DNA from: a virus
Length of the DNA: 64,000 bases
Strand: one strand, 5' to 3'
Virus record (IMG/VR): IMGVR_UViG_3300047510_002627
Coordinates: 1 to 64,000 of that record
This document shows positions 57,015 to 64,000 of this stretch, piece after piece. Within the stretch, counting starts at the first letter, position 1. The number at the start of each line of letters is the position of its first letter. The notes under the pieces are model-generated. The model was not told the origin of the DNA, did not search any database, and saw only the letters and a program-made list of their open reading frames with translations. A program made the translations under genes and the position numbers.

Positions 57015-57452
57015 ATGGCAATTGATTTAGATCTTATACAGTCAATGTGGGAAAAAGATTCAAAAATAGATATAGATAATCTTCATACAGAATCTTTAAA
57101 TATTCCCGTATTGCATTCAAAATATTTTGATTTATATAATAAAATAACAATTCTCAGAACAAACGCAGAAAATAAGAAAAAAACAGTAAGAAAAAATCGT
57201 CATGAGTATTATACTGGAAAAGCGGATCCTGATGAGTATGTGGAAAATCCATTCCCTAAAAAAATCCGTGATAAAGAAACTTTACGACAATATTTGGATG
57301 CCGATGAATCACTTTCTCAGATCTCACTTAAAGTAGAATATTATGACATTATGCTTCGATATTTGGAAGATATAATTAAAACAATCCATAATCGCACTTA
57401 TCAAATTAAAAATGCAATTGAATATCAAAAATTCATGAGTGGGTTGGGATAA
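57015..57452 (+). CDS. uvsY: Recombination mediator UvsY
   Basis: WEKDSKID, IPVLHSKY, RTYQIKNAIE. Confidence 0.92.
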   Translation: MAIDLDLIQSMWEKDSKIDIDNLHTESLNIPVLHSKYFDLYNKITILRTNAENKKKTVRKNRHEYYTGKADPDEYVENPFPKKIRDKETLRQYLDADESLSQISLKVEYYDIMLRYLEDIIKTIHNRTYQIKNAIEYQKFMSGLG

Positions 57453-57485
57453 CAAATCTAAATACATTAGTTATAGCAATACTTT

Positions 57486-58952
57486 ATGACTAATGTGACA
57501 ATCACAAAAAAGAATGAGGTTTACATTAAGTTGGAATGTGAACCTCATGTTTTATATGACTTAGAACCTCATTTCACATTTGATGTTGATGGGGCAAAGT
57601 TTATGCCGCATATGAGAAATAAGTATTGGGATGGGAAAATAAGGTTACTTAGTACTCATACTGGAGAAGTTTATGCTGGACTTCTTGATAAAGTAATTGC
57701 TAAGTTAAAAAAATATGATTACGATTATACGTTTAAAGAAAACAAATATTATGGTCTTCCATTTGAAGTAAACGATGAGATATGCCCAGAAGGGGTTGCA
57801 GACTACATGAAAAGTATTTGTAGTCACATTCCCTATGACTATCAAATTAACGGTGTTTATGAGTGTCTGAGGTACAATAGAAAACTTATACTGAGTCCAA
57901 CTGCATCTGGTAAGTCTTTAATGATTTATTCGATCATAAGATATTATGTTGCAAAGGGGAAAAGGATTCTTATTGTTTTTCCAACTACATCACTTGTCCG
58001 TCAAATGTTTAATGACTTTAAGGATTATGGTTGGAATGCTGATGAATATTGCCATTTGATTTATTCGGGTAAAGAGAAAAATACGGACATGCCCGTTACT
58101 CTTTCCACATGGCAATCTTTATATACTTTACCAAAAAGTTTCTTTGAAAATTATGACTGTGTAATTGTAGATGAGGCGCATACTGCCAAGTCCAAATCAT
58201 TAATAGACATTATGAAAAAATGTCATAATGCAAAGTATCGTTTTGGATTTACTGGAACTCTTTCTGGAAGTAATACCCATGAGTGGGTTGTTTGTGGTTT
58301 ATTTGGACCGCAGTATAAAACTATTGGAACATCTGAGATGATTGAGAAGGGAAGAGCATCTCAACTTGATATTAACTGCTTACTATTAAAACATAAACCT
58401 CAAAAATTTGATACGTATGAGGATGAAATACAATTTTTAATTACTAATGACAAGAGAAATAAATTTATACGAAATCTTGCTCTTAGTTTAAAAGGAAATA
58501 CTCTTGTTTTATTTTCAAGAGTAGAAACTCACGGACAGATACTATTTGATTTAATAAATAATCGTAAGGAAGAAAGTCGAAAGGTTTTCTTCGTTCATGG
58601 TGGAGTAGATGCAGAAGAACGAGAAGCAATAAGGCAAATTACTGAACAAGAAGATAATGCGATTATTGTTGCTTCTTATGGAGTGTTTAGCACTGGAATT
58701 TCTATAAAAAGACTTCACAATATAATTTTTGCATCACCTAGTAAATCAAGAATAAGAAATCTTCAAAGTATTGGAAGAGTTTTAAGAAAGGGTAAAGACA
58801 AAGATAAAGCAACCCTTTATGACATTGCAGATGATACTACATACAATTCAAAGAAAAACTATACATTAAATCATTTTATAGAAAGAATTAAAATTTATGT
58901 CGAAGAAGATTTTAACTATGAAATAATACCAATCAATATAGGAGGAACCTAA
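57486..58952 (+). CDS. uvsW: RNA-DNA/DNA helicase UvsW
   Basis: WDGKIRL, SPTASGKS, DEAH, GFTGTL, LQSIGRVLRK. Confidence 0.96.
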   Translation: MTNVTITKKNEVYIKLECEPHVLYDLEPHFTFDVDGAKFMPHMRNKYWDGKIRLLSTHTGEVYAGLLDKVIAKLKKYDYDYTFKENKYYGLPFEVNDEICPEGVADYMKSICSHIPYDYQINGVYECLRYNRKLILSPTASGKSLMIYSIIRYYVAKGKRILIVFPTTSLVRQMFNDFKDYGWNADEYCHLIYSGKEKNTDMPVTLSTWQSLYTLPKSFFENYDCVIVDEAHTAKSKSLIDIMKKCHNAKYRFGFTGTLSGSNTHEWVVCGLFGPQYKTIGTSEMIEKGRASQLDINCLLLKHKPQKFDTYEDEIQFLITNDKRNKFIRNLALSLKGNTLVLFSRVETHGQILFDLINNRKEESRKVFFVHGGVDAEEREAIRQITEQEDNAIIVASYGVFSTGISIKRLHNIIFASPSKSRIRNLQSIGRVLRKGKDKDKATLYDIADDTTYNSKKNYTLNHFIERIKIYVEEDFNYEIIPINIGGT

Positions 58953-58953
58953 T

Positions 58954-59373
58954 ATGATGGAAGATGATTTTTATGCATCAATAAAATTAATCAGTGGTGA
59001 AGAAGTATTCGCAAGAGTAATGCCTTGCATAGAAAATGAAAATATTAATTTACTTTTAAATAATCCTGTAACATTCTCTGAAATTAAAAACAGAAATGGA
59101 ATGTGTGGATATAAAATAGAACCATGGTTAAAAACTTCAAGAGAAGATTTAATTATGGTAAATATGGAAAGAGTAATTACTATTTGCGAAAGTACTGATA
59201 CTGAAATGATACAATTGCATCAATCATTTGTAGATAAGTATCAAAGTATAAAACACAAAAAACTCAGTAAAGGTAATGTGACTAGAAAGATGGGTTACAT
59301 TGCTAATATAAAGGAAGCAAAAAATCTCCTTGAAAAGATCTATAAAAAATCCCCAGATAAACCAAGTATTTAA
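58954..59373 (+). CDS. Conserved cyanophage protein between uvsW and gp55 (Sm-like; often annotated methylamine utilisation protein)
   Basis: FYASIKLISGEEVFA...KIEPWLK motif and synteny. Confidence 0.7.
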   Translation: MMEDDFYASIKLISGEEVFARVMPCIENENINLLLNNPVTFSEIKNRNGMCGYKIEPWLKTSREDLIMVNMERVITICESTDTEMIQLHQSFVDKYQSIKHKKLSKGNVTRKMGYIANIKEAKNLLEKIYKKSPDKPSI

Positions 59374-59405
59374 AGATATTAAATTATCTCAAAGGCGACA
59401 AACCT

Positions 59406-59434
59406 AGTCTACTTGCTTTTTGCCCATTTGTCAA
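59406..59434 (-). promoter_or_regulatory. Antisense sigma70 promoter
   Basis: Minus strand reads TTGACA-N17-TAGACT. Confidence 0.65.
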
Positions 59435-59438
59435 GTAC

Positions 59439-59467
59439 TTGCAATATTGATGTTAAAATGTTATGAT
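59439..59467 (+). promoter_or_regulatory. Sigma70-type promoter for gp55
   Basis: TTGCAA-N17-TG-t-TATGAT (extended -10). Confidence 0.65.
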
Positions 59468-59493
59468 GTCTACATAGTAAATTAGTAATTTTT

Positions 59494-59991
59494 ATGGCAT
59501 ACGGCAGTATCATGACTAAGAGGAAGAGGTCAGTTCATTACGTTAATAACAAAGATTTTTTGGAAGCTCTGATCAAATATAGAGAAGAAGTTGATTTAGC
59601 GGAGCAAAGAGGTGATCCAAAACCAAGAATAAACAATTATCTTGGAGAATGTTTCTTAAAGATTGCTACTCATCTATCTTTCAAACCTAATTTTGTAAAT
59701 TATATTTTTAAAGATGATATGATTTCTGATGGGATTGAGAATTGTATTCAATATATTCATAATTTTAATCCAGAAAAATCAAAGAATCCATTTGCATATT
59801 TTACTCAAATTATTCACTACGCATTTTTGAGAAGAATTCAAAGAGAAAAGCGTCAACTAGAAATTAAAAATAAAATTCTTGAACGAACTGGATATGATGA
59901 AGTGTTTCATGATGATTCCAGTATTGACGGAATGAACTATAGCGACTATAATTCTATTAAGGACTCTGTTCACTCAAAACTTCGTAATTGA
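59494..59991 (+). CDS. gp55: Late-transcription sigma factor gp55
   Basis: HYVNNKDFL, YLGECFLKIA, DMISDGIENC, NPFAYFTQI. Confidence 0.96.
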   Translation: MAYGSIMTKRKRSVHYVNNKDFLEALIKYREEVDLAEQRGDPKPRINNYLGECFLKIATHLSFKPNFVNYIFKDDMISDGIENCIQYIHNFNPEKSKNPFAYFTQIIHYAFLRRIQREKRQLEIKNKILERTGYDEVFHDDSSIDGMNYSDYNSIKDSVHSKLRN

Positions 59992-61029
59992 ATGAAAGTA
60001 GCAATTATTACTGATCAACACTTTGGAGCAAGGAAAAACTCTAAAATGTTTCATGAGCATTTTCTAAAATTTTATGAAAATGTTTTTTTCCCAACACTAG
60101 AATCCGAAGGTATTGCCACTGTCATAGACATGGGTGATACCTTTGATAGTCGTAAAGGAATTGATTTTTCTGCTCTTGCTTGGGCAAAAAATCATTACTA
60201 TGATAAACTCCAAGAAATGGGGGTAAAGGTTCATACAATTGTTGGAAATCATACTGCTTATTATAAGAATACAAATGAAATTAATGCAGTAGATTTGCTT
60301 CTAAGAGAATATTCAAATATAACAGTATACAGTAACCCAACAGAAATTAAGATTGGAAATCTTGATGTTTTGTTATTGCCATGGATAAATGAAGAAAATG
60401 AAAAAGAAACTTACTCACTTATTGAAACTACATCTTGCATTTGTGCGATGGGGCACCTTGAGTTCTCGGGATTTAGAGTTAATTCGCAAATCGTCATGGA
60501 GCATGGTCTTTCAAGCAAATTATTTAAAAAGTTCAAACGTGTCTACTCGGGACACTATCACACTAGATCGAATGATGGAAAAATTTTCTACTTAGGAAAT
60601 CCATATGAAATTTATTGGACTGATGTTTACGATAAGAGAGGATTCACAATCTTTGATACAGAAACTCTTAAACATCAATCCATAGATAATCCTTATAATA
60701 TTTTTGAAATTGTTTATTATGGAGAAGATACAACTCCAATTGAAAATAACGATTACGAAAATAAAATTGTAAAAGTTATTGTAAAGCAAAAAGATAATCA
60801 ACTTAAGTTTGAAAAATTTTTAGATAATTTGTATTCTCAAAATCCGGCAGAAGTTAAAATTGTTGAAAATTTTGAAATCAATATTAAAGACTTTGAAGAA
60901 GATATTGAATCTGAAGATACGGTCTCTATCTTAGATAGATATATTCAGGATTCTGAAATTGATATGGATAAATCTAAAATTAGATCTATTATCAGGGAAA
61001 TCTACAAGGAGTCGTGCGAGATGATTTAA
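59992..61029 (+). CDS. gp47: Recombination endonuclease subunit gp47 (Mre11/SbcD-like)
   Basis: TDQHFG, GDTFD, GNH, GHL, SGHYH phosphoesterase motifs. Confidence 0.96.
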   Translation: MKVAIITDQHFGARKNSKMFHEHFLKFYENVFFPTLESEGIATVIDMGDTFDSRKGIDFSALAWAKNHYYDKLQEMGVKVHTIVGNHTAYYKNTNEINAVDLLLREYSNITVYSNPTEIKIGNLDVLLLPWINEENEKETYSLIETTSCICAMGHLEFSGFRVNSQIVMEHGLSSKLFKKFKRVYSGHYHTRSNDGKIFYLGNPYEIYWTDVYDKRGFTIFDTETLKHQSIDNPYNIFEIVYYGEDTTPIENNDYENKIVKVIVKQKDNQLKFEKFLDNLYSQNPAEVKIVENFEINIKDFEEDIESEDTVSILDRYIQDSEIDMDKSKIRSIIREIYKESCEMI

Positions 61030-61030
61030 C

Positions 61031-61309
61031 ATGTATATAATAACATTGGATGGTAGAGAAGAAGAAGGCGCTTATTCAGTCACAAATGAACATGGAGAAC
61101 AAGTTCTTTACATTTTTGAAGAAGAAGATGATGCAATTCGATTTGCCATGATGTTAGAAGATGATAGAAACTATCCTCCCATGCACGTTATTGAAGTTGA
61201 TGATGACGCAATACTGACTGCATGTAGAGAACATGATTATGAGTATAATATATTTTCACAACATGATTTTGTAATTCCTCCTGACGAAGAAGAAAATGAT
61301 TTTATTTGA
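61031..61309 (+). CDS. Conserved acidic hypothetical protein
   Basis: EGAYSV, FEEEDDAIRFA, VIPP; lies between gp47 and gp46. Confidence 0.85.
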   Translation: MYIITLDGREEEGAYSVTNEHGEQVLYIFEEEDDAIRFAMMLEDDRNYPPMHVIEVDDDAILTACREHDYEYNIFSQHDFVIPPDEEENDFI

Positions 61310-63008
61310 AACAATTCGATGGAAAAACTTTTTAAGCACTGGAGATCAGTTTATTGAAGTTAATTTTTTAAAAGATCAAACAACATTAATTGTTGGTCAA
61401 AATGGTGCAGGAAAAAGTACTATTTTGGATGCTCTCACATTTGTTTTATTTGGTAAATCTTTTCGTGGAATTAACAAACCACAATTGATCAATTCTACAA
61501 ATGAAAAAGAGTGTGTTGTTGAAATTGAATTCAAAATTGGATCTGTAAATTGGAAAGTTAAAAGGGGAATAAAACCTTCAATATTTGTTATTGAAAGAAA
61601 TGGCAAAGAGTTGGATCAGCAACATTCATCCGCAGAACAGCAAAAGTGGTTTGAACAAACTGTTCTTAAAATGAATTATAAATCATTCACTCAAGTGGTA
61701 ATTATTGGAAGCAGTAATTTTGTTCCATTTATGCAGTTAACTTCTGTTAATCGTAGAGAAGTTATTGAAGATCTTCTTGACATTAAAATCTTTTCTTCAA
61801 TGAATTCATTGATTAAAGATAAAATAAAATTGACTAAAGATGAAATTAGAACTTTAGAACTCAAAAGAGATTCTTTGAGAGACAAAGTTGAAATGCAGGA
61901 AGATTTTATTAAAAAAATTAAAAATGAAGGAAATAATAAAGTTAAAGAATTAGAACAAGAAATTGAAGAGATCATATCTCAAGAAAAAGTGTCAATATCT
62001 TATAATAATAAGTATGAAGAAGAAATTATCTATCTTCAAAATAAGATGGAAGAACTTTCGTATTCTAAAGACACTTTAAAAAAACTTACAAATATTAAAG
62101 GTAAGTTGTCACAAAAAGTAGTAACGATTACTGAAGAGCATGAGTTTTTCCGTAATAATTCGGTATGCCCTACCTGCACACAAAATATAGAAGAATCTTT
62201 TAGATTAAATAGAATTAGTGATGCCATAAACAAGGCAAAAGAACTGCAATCTGGTTATGAAGAACTTGAGCAGACTATTCGTGATGAAGAAATTAAAGAA
62301 GATCATTTCCTTCAAATTTCAAAAGAAGTCACTAACTTAACACATGAAATTTCTCAAAATAATCTTAGGATCACTGGATTCCAACGGAGAATCAGAGATA
62401 ATGAAAAAGAAATTCAAAGAATTACCAATGACCTGGAAAATGAAAATTCTGAATATGAAAAGTTAGAGGATTTTAAGAAAAGACTTAATACTATTTTTGA
62501 AGAATTGTCCGAGAAAAAGGAAACAAATTCATACTATGAATATTGTTATAGTCTTTTAAAGGATTCGGGAGTAAAAACTCAAATCATCAAAAAATATCTA
62601 CCATTCATTAACCAACAGGTGAATAGATATCTTCAGATGATGGATTTTTATATCAATTTTTCTCTTGATGAAGAGTTTAACGAAACGATTCAATCACCGA
62701 TTCACGAAGATTTTACCTATGGGTCTTTTAGTGAAGGTGAACGACAAAGAATTGACTTAGCACTTTTGTTCACTTGGAGAGAAGTTGCTAAATTTAAAAA
62801 TTCTACAAATACTAATCTATTAATTATGGATGAGGTATTTGATAGTTCTCTTGATGGTAATGGAACTGAAGAATTTATTAAAATTCTTCGTTATGTTGTT
62901 CAAGATGCAAACACTTTTGTCATATCTCATAAAGTTGGTATGGAAGATAGGTTTGAAAGTGTGCTAAAATTTGAAAAGTATAAAGGATTTAGTAGAGTTG
63001 TAAAATGA
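61296..63008 (+). CDS. gp46: Recombination endonuclease subunit gp46 (Rad50/SbcC-like)
   Basis: KNFLSTG, GQNGAGKST, CPTC hook, FSEGE, LIMDEVFDSSLD. Confidence 0.97.
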   Translation: MILFETIRWKNFLSTGDQFIEVNFLKDQTTLIVGQNGAGKSTILDALTFVLFGKSFRGINKPQLINSTNEKECVVEIEFKIGSVNWKVKRGIKPSIFVIERNGKELDQQHSSAEQQKWFEQTVLKMNYKSFTQVVIIGSSNFVPFMQLTSVNRREVIEDLLDIKIFSSMNSLIKDKIKLTKDEIRTLELKRDSLRDKVEMQEDFIKKIKNEGNNKVKELEQEIEEIISQEKVSISYNNKYEEEIIYLQNKMEELSYSKDTLKKLTNIKGKLSQKVVTITEEHEFFRNNSVCPTCTQNIEESFRLNRISDAINKAKELQSGYEELEQTIRDEEIKEDHFLQISKEVTNLTHEISQNNLRITGFQRRIRDNEKEIQRITNDLENENSEYEKLEDFKKRLNTIFEELSEKKETNSYYEYCYSLLKDSGVKTQIIKKYLPFINQQVNRYLQMMDFYINFSLDEEFNETIQSPIHEDFTYGSFSEGERQRIDLALLFTWREVAKFKNSTNTNLLIMDEVFDSSLDGNGTEEFIKILRYVVQDANTFVISHKVGMEDRFESVLKFEKYKGFSRVVK

Positions 63009-63820
63009 GTAAACTAACTGAAATTGTAACTGTAGGAATTATTGGAAACGGATTTGTTGGAAATGCAGTATATCAAAACTTTAGGGATAAAGTAACCTGT
63101 AAAGTTTATGATGTTGATGCAAATAGATCACTTAATACATTGTCTGAAGTATTATCATGTGATTTTATTTTTGTTTGTCTTCCAACACCAATGAAATCTG
63201 GCGGGCAGTGCGACCTTTCTATTTTAGATAACTTTTTTGCTACTTGCTCCACAAATATAAATGGCATATTTATCATTAAATCCACAGTTCCAATTGGAAC
63301 TACTAAAAAGTATTCTCAAATGGGATTTAATGTTGTTCATAATCCAGAGTTTTTGACTGCAAGAAATGCAGTGGAGGACTTTAAAAACTCTGAGAGAAAT
63401 GTTATTGGTGGTGATCTTAAATTGGTAGAAAAGGTTGATACCTTATTTGTGAATACTTTTCATTACATTCCTTCTATCTACACAACATCCGATGAGAGTG
63501 AGGCAATTAAATACTTTGCAAATAGTTTCTTAGCATATAAGGTAGCATATTTCAATAAGATCTATGACTTGTGCCAAGCAACTGGAATGGATTATGATAC
63601 AGTATGCAATGGTGTCACCACAGACAGCAGAATCGGATCATCCCACACAAAAGTCCCTGGTATTGACAATGACAGAGGTTTTGGAGGAACATGCTTCCCG
63701 AAAGATCTGAATTCCCTGATAGTTCAGATGGAATCCCACGGAGTCAATGCCGATATGCTAAAATCTGTCTGGTCCTACAATCAAGAAATTCGCACGGTCA
63801 TCGACTGGCCGACTACCTAA
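63005..63820 (+). CDS. UDP-glucose/GDP-mannose dehydrogenase-family protein (short form)
   Basis: GIIGNGFVG Rossmann motif, FVCLPTP, KSTVPIGTT, NPEFL, GFGGTCFPKD. Confidence 0.88.
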   Translation: MSKLTEIVTVGIIGNGFVGNAVYQNFRDKVTCKVYDVDANRSLNTLSEVLSCDFIFVCLPTPMKSGGQCDLSILDNFFATCSTNINGIFIIKSTVPIGTTKKYSQMGFNVVHNPEFLTARNAVEDFKNSERNVIGGDLKLVEKVDTLFVNTFHYIPSIYTTSDESEAIKYFANSFLAYKVAYFNKIYDLCQATGMDYDTVCNGVTTDSRIGSSHTKVPGIDNDRGFGGTCFPKDLNSLIVQMESHGVNADMLKSVWSYNQEIRTVIDWPTT

Positions 63821-63821
63821 C

Positions 63822-64000
63822 ATGAAAGTCCCTAATTGGCAACATCATTCCAAGAAGGATCAAAAACGGAAACTGAAACCTCAGGCACTCCGACAAGCAA
63901 AAGCACGACTGAGACACTTTAAAAAGTGTCACATGACCTCCCCGAAACGGGAGGTTTTTTCGTGTATACTGATTTCAGTCGAACGAACCCACCATGTCTG
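63822..64000 (+). CDS. Small basic hypothetical protein (reaches the window edge)
   Basis: MKVPNWQHHSKKDQKRKLKPQALRQAKARLRHFKK...; no stop codon inside the window. Confidence 0.55.
   Translation, partial: MKVPNWQHHSKKDQKRKLKPQALRQAKARLRHFKKCHMTSPKREVFSCILISVERTHHV
63911..63993 (+). promoter_or_regulatory. Palindrome, hairpin/terminator, TATACT and leader for a gene starting at 63994
   Basis: GAGACAC-N8-GTGTCAC (63911-63932); ACCTCCC-N6-GGGAGGT plus T run (63936-63960); TATACT (63965-63970). Confidence 0.7.

Larger units (their letters stand above)
1..64000 (+). mobile_element. T4-like cyanomyovirus (Kyanoviridae-like) genome segment
   Basis: Gene order gp25-gp6-gp7-gp8-VrlC-gp13-14-15-16-17-18-19-20-21-22-23-gp3-uvsY-uvsW-gp55-gp47-gp46 is the cyanomyovirus order; ATAAATA late promoters present. 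Confidence 0.95.

Noticed and set aside
198-62233. Minus-strand and nested alternative-frame ORFs in the track
   Set aside because: Shadows of well-supported + strand genes with no recognisable motifs
44722-63008. Inteins, introns or homing endonucleases in gp17, gp20, gp23, uvsW or gp46
   Set aside because: Lengths are typical and no splicing, LAGLIDADG, HNH or GIY-YIG motifs were seen

Overview
The whole window is part of a T4-like cyanomyovirus genome (Kyanoviridae-like), and essentially every credible gene is on the + strand. It has four parts. (1) 1-4490 is an early/accessory region of small genes. It includes a GC-rich island (~1660-4460) in which each gene has its own hairpin, -10 box and A/C-rich leader, with near-identical 40-bp repeats and a recurring 22-bp palindrome GTGNCAC-N8-GTGNCAC. 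(2) 4490-7550 is a transition zone with iteron-like 17-bp repeats at an apparent C-to-G skew flip, phased TCTTAT repeats, a glycosyltransferase-like gene and a two-hairpin RNA leader. (3) 7591-57012 is the AT-rich structural block: gp25, gp6, a giant gp7-like baseplate protein split into two ORFs, gp8, VrlC-like, gp13-gp23 and gp3, with T4-type late promoters. (4) 57015-64000 holds uvsY, uvsW, gp55, gp47, gp46 and a UDP-glucose-dehydrogenase-like gene. The best candidates for something new are the hairpin-promoter gene-cassette array (with a matching copy 60 kb away), the origin-like repeat zone, a perfect antisense promoter back-to-back with the gp55 promoter, and nested domain insertions in the split gp7. 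No tRNA, rRNA, CRISPR array, intein or transposase was seen. All product calls come from motif recognition and synteny by eye, not database searches.
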